Shown piece by piece: positions 54,445 through 64,000 of a DNA stretch of 64,000 bases. The notes under the pieces are model-generated. The model ran no database searches and had not been told where the DNA came from. It saw nothing but the letters and a program-made list of their open reading frames with translations. Source of the DNA: an uncultured Actinomycetota bacterium. Lineage in GTDB: Bacteria > Actinomycetota > Acidimicrobiia > Acidimicrobiales > RAAP-2. The first letter of the stretch is position 1; every line of letters starts with the position of its first letter. A program made the position numbers and the translations under genes. The stretch is from contig CAWJOU010000005.1 in NCBI GenBank assembly GCA_963844575.1, forward strand, positions 767,556 to 831,555, read 5' to 3'.

Positions 54445-56429
54445 ATGGTGGCGATGCCGGAACGGGACAAACCGTGGATGATGCGGACGTACTCGGGCCA
54501 CTCCACCGCCCGGGCGTCGAACGCGCTCTACCGGACGAACCTGGCCAAGGGCCAGACCGGTCTGTCGATCGCCTTCGACCTGCCGACGCAGACGGGCTAC
54601 GACCCCGACGACCCGGCCGCGGCCGGCGAGGTCGGCAAGGTCGGCGTGCCGGTCGCCCACCTCGGCCACATGCGCGAGCTGATGGACGGCATCCCGGTGG
54701 CGGAGATGAACACGTCGATGACGATCAACGCCACCGCGGCCTGGCTGCTCGGCCTCTACGTCGCCAACGCGGAGGACCACGGCGTCGACCCGACGGCACT
54801 GCAGGGGACGACCCAGAACGACATCGTCAAGGAGTACCTGAGCCGCGGCACGTTCATCTTCCCGCCCCAACCCAGCCTCCGGCTGACCGTCGACACGATC
54901 GCCTACACCGTCCACCGGGTGCCGAAGTGGAACCCGATCAACGTCTGCAGCTACCACCTCCAGGAGGCCGGCGCGACGCCGGTCCAGGAGCTGGCGTACG
55001 CGCTGGCGACGGCCATCGGCGTCCTCGACGCGGTACGGGTGTCGGGGAAAGTGGCCGAGCGCGACCTGCCGACGGTCGTCGGCCGGATCAGCTTCTTCGT
55101 CAACGCCGGCGTCCGGTTCGTCGAGGAGACGTGCAAGATGCGGGCGTTCACCGCCATGTGGGACCGGATCTGTCGTGAGCGCTACGGCGTCGACGACGAG
55201 AAGCTCCGGCGGTTCCGCTACGGCGTGCAGGTCAACTCGCTCGGCCTGACCGAGCAGCAGCCGGAGAACAACGTGCCCCGGATCGTCCTCGAGGCGCTCG
55301 GCGTGACGCTGTCGAAGAACGCCCGAGCCCGGGCCATCCAGTTGCCGGCCTGGAACGAGGCGCTCGGGCTGCCCCGTCCGTGGGACCAGCAGTGGTCGCT
55401 GCGGATCCAGCAGATCCTGGCCTACGAGTCCGACCTGCTGGAGTACGACGACATCTTCGACGGGTCGAAGGTGGTCGAGGCGAAGACGGCCGAGCTGATC
55501 GACGCGGCCCGGGCCGAGCTGGACGACGTCCTCGGCTTCGGCGGCGCGTTCGAGGCGATCGACGAGCTGAAGACGCGGCTCGTCCGGAGCCAGTCGGACC
55601 GGGTGCGGCGGATCGAGACCGGCGAGCAGCAGGTCGTCGGCGTCAACTGCTTCACCGAGACCGCGCCGTCGCCGCTGACCGGCGACGAGGGCGCGGAGAG
55701 CATCCTGAAGGTCGACCCGACCGTCGAGGCCGAGCTGCAGGCCGACGTCGCCGAGTGGCGCCGTCGGCGGGACACCGGCGCGGTCGCCCGGGCGCTCGAC
55801 GAGCTTCGGCGGGCCGCGACCGACGAGACGGCGAACGTGATGGACGCCACGATCGCCCTCGCCCACGCCGGCGGCACCACCGGGGAGTGGGCCGGGGCCC
55901 TGCGCGACGTCTTCGGCGAGTACCGCGCCCCGACCGGCGTCGGCGGCGCGGCCGGCCACCGCGGGCCGGAGATGGCACCGGTCGTCGAGCGGGTGAAGGC
56001 GCTCGCCGCGGCCACCGGCGGGCCGCCCCGGCTCCTCGTCGCCAAGCCCGGGCTCGACGGCCACTCGAACGGGGCCGAGCAGATCGCCGTCGCCGCCCGA
56101 GACGCCGGCTTCGAGGTCATCTACCAGGGCATCCGGCTGACGCCCGAGCAGATCGTCGCGGCCGCCCGGGACGAGGACGTCGATCTCGTCGGGCTGTCGA
56201 TCCTGTCCGGGTCCCACCTCGAGCTCGTGCCCGAGATCCTCGACCGGCTCCGGGCCGCCCGGGTCGATGCCGACGTCGTCGTCGGCGGCATCATCCCGCC
56301 GACGACGCCGACGTGCTCCGGGGCAAGGGCGTCGCCGCCATCTACACGCCGAAGGACTTCGAGCTCGACCGGATCGTCGCCGACATGGTCGGCCTGGTCG
56401 AGCGCCACCGGGGCGCCGGCGGCCGGTAG
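54445..56429 (+). CDS. B12-dependent acyl-CoA mutase (Ecm/MeaA/Icm-like clade) with fused B12-binding domain; apparent 1-nt frameshift near 56298..56301
   Basis: [44 protein letters not shown], and DxHxxG as DGHSNG. The last ~43 aa of the B12 domain ([20 protein letters not shown]...) are in frame 55380..56429, while the body is in frame 54391..56682. Confidence 0.8.
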
Positions 56430-56551
56430 GCCTGGCCCCGAGCGGCCGCCGTCCCGGGCGCGCCGGCCGGGCCAGTGGCGCGGAGGCCGATCGTCGTCAA
56501 GGCTGGTGGACGGATGGCCCGAACGAACGGGCACGAGCAGGGGGTGCGGCG

Positions 56552-57217
56552 ATGCACGACAACGAGCGGCGGAACGGTTCGACTCTCACAATCGGGAACC
56601 GGGAACGGGCGATGAGCGCCTTCGTCAACCGCGTCGCAGCGACCGGTTACCGCCAGACGCACGTCGAGGACGTCTGCCGTGACGTCGGGGCGTCGACCCG
56701 CGACTTCTACGCCTGGTTCGGCAAGAAGGACCGGTGCTACCTCACGGTGTTCGCGGCCTTCGGGAACCACGTGATCACCCAGGCCGAGCGGGCGTACGGC
56801 GGGGCTCCCGGGTCGTGGGAGACACGGCTGCGCCTGGCGCTCGAGGCGGCGTTCGGGGAGCTGGCCGCCCGGCCCAAGATGGTCCGGTTCCTCGGCCAGT
56901 CCTCCCAGGTCGACGGCAGCCGGGCCGTGCTCCTGAGCCTGATCGAGCGGTCACGGCCGCTCTACTTCCCCGAGGAGGTCCGCCAGGCGGTGGACGACGT
57001 CCCGCGGGAACCGCTCGAGATCATCGTGTCGGGCAGCATCCTCCACCCGATCGTCATGTACATCCGCGAGGGGAAGCTGCAGGACATCGCCGAGCTGATC
57101 CCGTCGATCCTCTACCACCTGAGCCTGGTCTTCTTCGGCCCCGAGCGGGCGGCTCGACAGGGCGACCCGCTCGGGCCGGTACCGGTGCCGACGAACGGGG
57201 CGACGACGGCCGTCTGA
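56552..57217 (+). CDS. TetR-like transcriptional regulator (paralog A)
   Basis: HTH region [33 protein letters not shown]. Paralogous to 58473..59141. Confidence 0.7.
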   Translation: MHDNERRNGSTLTIGNRERAMSAFVNRVAATGYRQTHVEDVCRDVGASTRDFYAWFGKKDRCYLTVFAAFGNHVITQAERAYGGAPGSWETRLRLALEAAFGELAARPKMVRFLGQSSQVDGSRAVLLSLIERSRPLYFPEEVRQAVDDVPREPLEIIVSGSILHPIVMYIREGKLQDIAELIPSILYHLSLVFFGPERAARQGDPLGPVPVPTNGATTAV

Positions 57218-57289
57218 CCGCCGAGCGGCGGGCCGAACCGCCGCCCTCCCTGTCCCTCCCGTGGGGGAGGGAAGCCCCGTCCGCCGATT

Positions 57290-57346
57290 GGAAAATCAGG
57301 TTACCTCTTTCCTCTCGTCGCGTGTTCCCTTGGGAACCCCGTTACC
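57290..57346 (+). repeat. two copies of the GGnAAyC-N-GrTTnCC palindromic box upstream of the ECF sigma gene
   Basis: GGAAAATCAGGTTACC (57290..57305) and GGGAACCCCGTTACC (57332..57346). Confidence 0.5.
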
Positions 57347-57595
57347 ACCGCCTTCTTTCGTCGCGCCGGCCGGGAGCCCTTGAACGGCCCTCCCGCGTCA
57401 CTGAAGATGACCGACCAAGGAGGGCGTACGCGTTGCCGCCGGCCCGTCAGGTCGGTCGCCGCTCCTCGGTAAACGAACAGAGAGGAGGCAGGCGGAGAAC
57501 AACGCCTGGGTTGTCGCCTTTTGTGATCCTTTTCACGATCCAGTTCCCTGACCAGGAACGGAAAGATCTCGGCCCGTTCCCGGTATGACAGGAGT

Positions 57596-58249
57596 GTGGG
57601 ATCCGGTGCGCATGCGCCCGGGGGGGTCGGGGATACAAGAGAACGGTTCAAGCGCCTCTACGACGAGCTCGTCGGGCCCGTCTACGACTTCTGCCGTCGG
57701 CGGCTCGGTCCGCTGAACGACGCGGCCGAGGACGTCACGGCGGATGTCTTCACAGTGGTCTGGCGGAACATCGACAAGGTGCCGCCGGCCCCGGAGTGCC
57801 GGACCTACGTCTACGGGATCGCCTACCGGCAAGTTCGCAAACAGCAACAGCGGCGCTGGGCCGGGTACCGGCTGCAGCGGCGGCTGGAGGCCGAGTGGTC
57901 GGTCGTGTGGACGGACCGGCCGGTGTGGGCGACGTCCAGCGGGCGGCCCGACCGGATCCACCGGGCGATCCAGGCGCTGCCCGAGGCCGAGCGCGAGGCG
58001 CTCCTCCTGGTCGTGTGGGAGGGCTTCAGCCATGTCGAGGCCGGCCGGATCCTCGATTGCTCCGCCAACGCGATCGCCCTCCGGCTCTACAAGGCCCGAG
58101 CGCGGATCCGCCAGCAGCTCGCCGGCTACCGACCGGAGGCGCCGAAGCGCCGGCCCTCCGCCTGCGTCCAGAAGGGAGTGGAGACATGTCCGTCGACGAG
58201 ATCATCCGCCGCGCCGACCCGATCGGGACGGCACCCGGCGCCGCGGTGA
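57596..58249 (+). CDS. ECF-type RNA polymerase sigma-70 family factor
   Basis: Region 2 (AEDVTADVFTVVWRNIDK) and region 4 HTH (LPEAEREALLLVVWEGFSHVEAGRILDCSANAIALRLYKAR). Start is uncertain. Confidence 0.8.
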   Translation: MGSGAHAPGGVGDTRERFKRLYDELVGPVYDFCRRRLGPLNDAAEDVTADVFTVVWRNIDKVPPAPECRTYVYGIAYRQVRKQQQRRWAGYRLQRRLEAEWSVVWTDRPVWATSSGRPDRIHRAIQALPEAEREALLLVVWEGFSHVEAGRILDCSANAIALRLYKARARIRQQLAGYRPEAPKRRPSACVQKGVETCPSTRSSAAPTRSGRHPAPR

Positions 58250-58476
58250 CCGCGCCGACATGGCTCCGGCACTTCAGCGAGATCTGCGACGGTGGGCACC
58301 GGCGACGGCGCCGTCGTCGGACCGTGCGGCGGGCCGGGTTGGCAACGCTGGTGGGTGCCGCGCTGGTGGCGGCGTTGACCGTCGTCGCGGTGGCCCGGTG
58401 GCTCCCCGCCCGGCCGGCCCCGGCCCCGGCGCCGGCCGACGGTGCCGAGGCGTCGATGAGCCCGACGTCTCGATGA
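58186..58476 (+). CDS. putative single-pass anti-sigma factor
   Basis: 96-aa ORF with GGGAGTGGAG upstream, an Arg-rich stretch then the TM segment LATLVGAALVAALTVVAVA. It overlaps the sigma 3' end and has an ATGA junction with the next gene. Called from position only. Confidence 0.4.
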   Translation: MSVDEIIRRADPIGTAPGAAVTAPTWLRHFSEICDGGHRRRRRRRTVRRAGLATLVGAALVAALTVVAVARWLPARPAPAPAPADGAEASMSPTSR

Positions 58477-59141
58477 GCGAGGAAACCGGCGACCCCCCGT
58501 CGAGGGCCAGGCGACCGACACGCGGCGTCCGAGACGCCAAACAGCGGGCCGCCCGCGACAGCTTCATCGCCCGCGTGGCCAGCGACGGCTTTCGCAACAC
58601 CCGGATCGAGGACGTCTGCCGGGACGTCGGCGTCTCCCACCGCGAGTTCTACCGCTGGTTCGGGAACAAGGACCAGTGCTACCTGTCGATCTTTGACGCC
58701 TTCGCCCGGGCCGTCGTCGACGCCGGCCAGCGGGCGTTCGACGAGACCACCGGACCGTGGGAAGTGAAGCTGCGGGCCTGTCTCTTCGCCGCGGTGCGCG
58801 AGCTGGCCGGCGATCCGTACCGGGTCCCGTTCCTGCTCGAATGGCATGCGGTCGACGGCGGCGAGCGAGCGATGTGGCAGCTGGTGGACAGCGCGGAGCG
58901 CGTGTACCTGACCGACGAGATCCGGCACCAATCCCCTGACGCCCCGGCGGCGGCGTACGAGAGCATCGCGGCCGGTGTCGCCGTCGAACCGATCCGGCGC
59001 TACCTCGAAGACGGAAAAGTCGACCGGCTCGCCGAGCTCGTGCCGTGGATCGTCTACTACATGACCCTCCACTTCTTCGGCCCCGAGCGAGCGGCCGGAC
59101 AGCGCCCGCCGCCGGGGCCCGACGACGGGAGCCCGGGTTGA
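58473..59141 (+). CDS. TetR-like transcriptional regulator (paralog B)
   Basis: [33 protein letters not shown]. The C-terminus [14 protein letters not shown] parallels [14 protein letters not shown] of paralog A. Confidence 0.7.
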   Translation: MSEETGDPPSRARRPTRGVRDAKQRAARDSFIARVASDGFRNTRIEDVCRDVGVSHREFYRWFGNKDQCYLSIFDAFARAVVDAGQRAFDETTGPWEVKLRACLFAAVRELAGDPYRVPFLLEWHAVDGGERAMWQLVDSAERVYLTDEIRHQSPDAPAAAYESIAAGVAVEPIRRYLEDGKVDRLAELVPWIVYYMTLHFFGPERAAGQRPPPGPDDGSPG

Positions 59142-59196
59142 CCGGCGACCGGCGTCGACGCGGGGCCGGCGTCGTGCGAGGACCCCTCGCTTTCGT

Positions 59197-59393
59197 GGAA
59201 ATCGGATTACCACGGATGGCGACGGTATTGCTGAATATGTGCTCGAGCGACCAGGTGGTCGTCACGGTCCCTCAACGGGCATTTCTGAAATCGGGTTACC
59301 AGTCCAGCCGCACAGAAAAATCCCTTGGGAATCGAATTACCAGCCCCCGACCAGCGGTGATCTCCGTTGACATGAAGGGAAAGCGTAGTTACC
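59197..59393 (+). repeat. four copies of the 15-bp palindromic box upstream of the large secreted-protein gene
   Basis: GGAAATCGGATTACC (59197..59211), TGAAATCGGGTTACC (59286..59300), GGGAATCGAATTACC (59327..59341), GGAAAGCGTAGTTACC (59378..59393). Confidence 0.5.
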
Positions 59394-59499
59394 TTGATGG
59401 GTGCACATTCAGAATTCTTTGATGTGGGGATCATCGAAGATCCTGCTGAAAACCGTTCACCATATTCTTTGATGCAGCTTCGGCGGTAGGGGGGAATTC

Positions 59500-62400
59500 A
59501 TGCGTATTTCGTTTCATCGCGCGAGCGGGTCTGGGCGTCGGGAGGGGCGGAGGTTGGCCCCGTTCGGCAACATCGTCAGCGTCGCGCTGGCCAGCTTCCT
59601 GATGGCCGGCGGGCTCCTCGGCTTCGTGGCCCAGGCCGGCGAGGCGTCGGCGGCCACACTGCCGGCCTGCACCACCAGCTCCACCGCCACATGCGCGGTG
59701 ACGCTGACAATGACCGCGGGGTCGTTCGGCGTGCACGGCAACACGCCGGCGAGCATCCCCCCTCCGGGGTCGATCACCGGCACCCTGGATCCGACGACCG
59801 GCGCCATCAGCGGGGCGACCCTCAGCCGGCTCGTGTACCACACGGATGGGAAGATCGCGACAACAAGCACAGAGACAATCATCATTACGCAGGTCACGCC
59901 CGGGGCCGGGACCGGGAGCATCAACTACCTCGGCCGTGTGTCGTACATCGCCGCGCTGCAGGTCCTGGTGACAATCCATCAGCCGATCCAGGCGCAGTGC
60001 CTCGCCACGCCGACGAACGTCGTGCTTTCGTCTTCGACCCCGTACGCGTCCGGTGCGGTGACGATCGCCCAGTCGAATTTCACCATCCCGGACTTCCTTC
60101 AGACATCATCTGCCGGCTCGTGTGGCTTGGCGACGACAGAGTTGAACACACGCTATTCGGGCCAGGTCAACGAGATGTCCCTCTCGTTGACCGGCGCGCT
60201 GCCGCTGCCGCCTCCCCCGGCGAAGCCGAGCACGACCTCGTTGCACGTGAGCCCGACAGGGCCGGTGCTCACGGGAACGAAGGTGACCCTCACGGCGGAC
60301 GTGTCGGCGACAGAGGGGAGCACACCGGCTCCGACGGGACACGTGACGTTCATGAGCGGCTCGACAGTCGTGGGGTCGAGCCCGCTCAGCACAGACCACG
60401 GTACGGAGGAAGCGACGCTGACAACGTCTGCCCTTCCGGCGAAGCCGACACAGCCACTGACGGCGGTCTACTCCGGGGACGGTCACTATGCCTCGAGCAC
60501 CTCGAGCATGACGCACTATTCGGTCCAACCCAAGCCGACCGTCAGTACGAACCTGCCGGTCACGGCGATCCAGGGAACAGCGACGTACACGACGTTCAAC
60601 GTGAGGCTGACAAACCCCTCCACCGGCGAGAGCTGGACGAACCTGGCGCTGGCATTCAGGCTCGCGGACAATTACGGCCGCGAAGCCTTCGAAGGTGACA
60701 CTGGAATACGAGAACAACGCCACAACGTGGTGCTCCGTCACCTCCCTTTTCGGCTACGGCACGCTTCTGGGTACGTTCGCGGGCCGGACAGGACCCTGTA
60801 CAACACCCAGCAGGCTCTCCTTCTCCCTGGCGGCCAACACCTCGCTGACAGTCCCCTTCCGCGTCAAATTCGCCTCGAACCTCGGTGTCGGCACGATGCA
60901 CGTGGAATTCGACCTATATACGGTGAACGGCTCGGGCACACCGATCGCCCCGTTTACAGCAGCTAGGAACACAACAGGGGCGATCAACGCCCCCCGCGCC
61001 GAGAGCCACATCCAGATCAACCCGGCCGAAAAATGCTCGCTCCCGATAAAGTTGACGCCGGTAACGCCAGTTCCCCAGGGCTACACATTGAAGCCAGGAT
61101 TCACACCAGGGGAATCAACGACCCTACCGTGTTACACAACAACAACAACAATGTACCCACCACCGGCGACGGGTACCGTGACTTTCCTGGTGACAGGCCA
61201 CACATTCACACCGCCGGCCGTCTTCCCGCAGGGGCCAGACACAACAGTGCGGAGTGTGGGCGTATCCACCAAGGGCCTGAGCGTGGGCATTCACACCTTG
61301 ACCGCGGTGTACTCGGGTGACGGCGTCTACAACCCGGCTCGGGTGACATCGACCTTCACGGTGATCGCCGCCAATCCAGGGACGGCGTTCCAATGCAACG
61401 CTCCTGTGTATAGCCGAGAAGGTGGTGGATCGGTGGTCGCCTCGGCAGCTCTTCCAGCGACAACGAACACCGGTTCGGCGGCGGCGAGCCTCCTGGCCGT
61501 CACGGTGTACATGGACGGGAAGGCGCTATTGGTCACACCAACAGAGTCGGTCACGGACATGCACATCTCGTTCGCTCCTGGCGGATCGGCGACAGTGGCC
61601 ACAGCCGGTGAGGTGTCGGGCGGAACAGCCACCGTGACGGCCGGTGTGTCCCATGTCTCGGCCACGGTTTCCGGGATCACCGGAAGCCCGGGAACGGTCG
61701 TGCCGGTTGCCGTGTCGACCATCTCTTTTACAGCTGGCGGGCTACCCATCAGCTGCACGCCGGTAACCGAGCCGGAGCCCCTCGGTTCGGTCCTTGTCTC
61801 CGGGGTCACGTTGAGCGCCAGCCCGGCGAGCCCGGCCGCGCCCGGAACGACCGTGACGCTCACGGCGGTGCCGGCACCGGCGACGAAGGGTGGTCAAGTT
61901 ACCTTCTCCGACACAGTCGGCGGTACGAAGACGGTCTTGGGCGCGGCAGCGGTGCCGACGTCGGGGACGACAAAGGGCTTCGCGACGCTGACGATCCAGC
62001 CGCCACTCGGTGCGCACTCCTACACGGCCCAGTGGTCCGGGACGTTGCCGGCGAGCGTCTCCAACACGGTGAGCTACTCGGTCGAGACGGCACCGGTGGT
62101 GACAACCCAACCGTCACCACCGACGGCCAACCTTGGCCAGCCGCTCACCTTCACCGCCGTGGCCACCGGGAGCCCGGTCCCGACCGCAGCCTGGCAGCAG
62201 TCGACCGACGGCGGGTCCACGTGGACCCCGGCAACGGGGACGGTGACCACAAAGGTGACCGGCACAACGAAGACATCGACCCTGACCATCGCGTCGGCCA
62301 CGGCGACCGATGCGAGCACCCAGTTCCGGGCGGTCTTCACTAACGGGGCCGGCACAGTCACCACCAATGCGGTGACCCCGAACGTCGTCATCCCGCCCAG

Positions 62401-63499
62401 CGTCGTCACCCAGCCGGCCAGCCAGTCGGTCGCGCCGGGGAGCACGGGGACGTTCACGGCCAAGGCCACCGGCACGGTGCTGTCGGTCCAGTGGCAGGTG
62501 TCGACGGACGGAGGCGGTAGCTGGTCGAACGCGCCGGGGACACCGAAGAACTCCTTCGCTTCCCGGACAACAATCACCAGCACCTACACCACGTCGGCGA
62601 CGACCACCGCCAACAACGGCGCCCAGTACCGGGTGCTCTTCACCAACGCTGCGGGCACAGCCACCACCAACGCGGCCACGCTGACGGTGACCACGACCCC
62701 GCCGCCTCCGCCACCCCCGCCGCCGCCGGTGACACCGACAACCACGCCGGTGACCACCAGCGGTGGCTACCACTTGGTCGCTTCCAACGGCTCGGTCTAC
62801 AGCTACGGCACCGCCCCCTTCTACGGCTCGATGGGCGGCCAGACGCTCAACAAGCCCATCGTGGGGACGGCCACCACGCCCGGTGACGGGGGCTACTGGC
62901 TGGTGGCCAGTGACGGTGGCATCTTCAGCTTCGGCAACGCCGCCTTCTACGGCTCCATGGGCGGGAAGCCCCTCAACCAGCCGATCGTGGGCATCGCGGC
63001 GACGCCGGACGGCCAGGGCTACTGGGAGGTGGCCAGCGACGGGGGCATCTTCGCCTTCGGTGACGCCGCCTTCTACGGCTCGATGGGCGGCAAGCCGCTC
63101 AACCAGCCGATCGTGGGCATCGCGGCGACGCCGGACGGCAAGGGCTACTGGATGGTGGCCTCTGACGGGGGCATCTTCGCCTTCGGCGACGCCACCTTCA
63201 GTGGCTCCACCGGTTCGTTGACGCTCAATAAGCCGATCGTCGGCATGGCGTCGACCAACAACGGCGCCGGCTACTGGCTGGTGGCGGCGGACGGCGGGGT
63301 CTTCAGCTTCGGCAACGCCGGCTTCCACGGCACGGTGGCCGGCACCACCTCGGCCTCCATCGTCAGCCTGGTGCCCACCGCCGACAACGGCGGCTACTGG
63401 GAGACGGGAGCCAACGGCCAGGTGTTCCAGTTCGGCGACGCCACCTCGGCCGGCACAGCCCTGGCCCAGACAGCCACCATCGTCGCCATGTCGGACTAG
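59500..63499 (+). CDS. large secreted Ig-like-repeat protein with a C-terminal six-repeat propeller-like domain; apparent +1 frameshift between about 60611 and 60694
   Basis: Signal peptide ([18 protein letters not shown]). Several bacterial Ig-like modules ending in ...AVYSGDG.Y, two I-set-like modules, a Pro10 linker and six ~41-aa repeats. Reading continues from frame 59500 into frame 60695. Confidence 0.7.
62762..63496 (+). repeat. six tandem ~123-nt (41-aa) coding repeats ([41 protein letters not shown])
   Basis: Repeats 3 and 4 (about 62990..63235) are nearly identical at the nucleotide level. Confidence 0.85.
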
Positions 63500-63636
63500 C
63501 CGACCACACTCGGAAGGACTGACCGCACCAGGCGCACCAGAGGTTCTGGGACTACGGCCGGACCGCCGCCGGCCGTAGTCCTGGGCCACACAAGAACGAA
63601 ACCAAAGCACGACCAGGAACACGAGGGGACGAACTG

Positions 63637-64000
63637 TTGCAACGAGGATCGACGAGAAGTCATCGCCTAGTCCGCACGCTGTGCGCCGGGGGACTGGCCG
63701 TGCTGGCCGGAGGCACCACCCTCGGACTGGTCTCGGTGGCCGGCCTGGCCGCCGGACCGATCGCCCAAGCCGGGGCCGACAGCGCCGGCTTCACGCTGGG
63801 CTGCACGCTGACACACACACACTTCACAATCCCCGGCACGGTGGCCACCGGCTCCCTGCCGGCGTCGGTGACACCGGGCAAGTCGTTCTCGCTGACCAAC
63901 GTCGGCCTCAAGGTCACCCTGCCGACAAGCCCGCTCTTCCGGGCGGCGGCCAACAAGACAATCACAGGCACATACCAGACGACCTTCACCGCCACCGGGG
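63637..64000 (+). CDS. secreted hypothetical protein, 5' fragment (continues beyond the window)
   Basis: TTG 63637 lies 8 nt after GAGGGG. Signal peptide ...LAVLAGGTTLGLVSVAGLAAGPIAQAGA. Open to the window end and absent from the ORF track because it has no stop. Confidence 0.45.
   Translation, partial: MQRGSTRSHRLVRTLCAGGLAVLAGGTTLGLVSVAGLAAGPIAQAGADSAGFTLGCTLTHTHFTIPGTVATGSLPASVTPGKSFSLTNVGLKVTLPTSPLFRAAANKTITGTYQTTFTATG

Noticed and set aside
57332-57346. GGGAACCCCGTTACC as an ECF promoter (GGAAC -35 / CGTT -10).
   Set aside because: The two elements are only 3 nt apart instead of about 16-17 nt. The sequence fits better as one copy of the palindromic box family.

Overview
High-GC (roughly 70% by eye, not computed) chromosomal window of actinobacterial type: F420/LLM oxidoreductases, a MarP-like protease, mycobacterial-type RecA inteins, DUF2510-like proteins. 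It is densely coding. Housekeeping and transport blocks are a cysPTWA sulfate transporter, purU, pstB plus pstSCA, rimO-pgsA-cinA, cspA, an ABC-F ATPase, hbd, and a B12-dependent acyl-CoA mutase. A TetR-linked catabolic cluster carries two amidohydrolases, an acetoacetate-decarboxylase-like protein, an SDR and an acyl-CoA dehydrogenase. A GH15 / glucose dehydrogenase / MBL trio is also present. Accessory or unusual content: (1) recA is interrupted by two full-length LAGLIDADG inteins, at the M. leprae-type and the M. tuberculosis-type sites, with a perfect LexA box upstream. (2) A 2.1-kb islet at tRNA-Ser(GCU) is bracketed by 135-bp direct repeats and carries a short HipA-like kinase plus an overlapping HipS-like/HIRAN fusion ORF, with no HipB and no integrase. 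(3) An IS4-family element sits in the terminal repeat of an IS982-family element. (4) yefM-yoeB lies between two paralogous XRE genes that share a 32-bp nested palindrome. (5) An ECF sigma / putative anti-sigma module is flanked by two TetR-like paralogs and six copies of a 15-bp palindromic box, upstream of a ~1330-aa secreted Ig-repeat / six-repeat propeller-like protein. That protein gene and the mutase gene each carry one apparent frameshift. Many long ORFs in the six-frame track are GC-driven shadow frames and were not called. All homology statements rest on motif recognition by eye; no searches were run.
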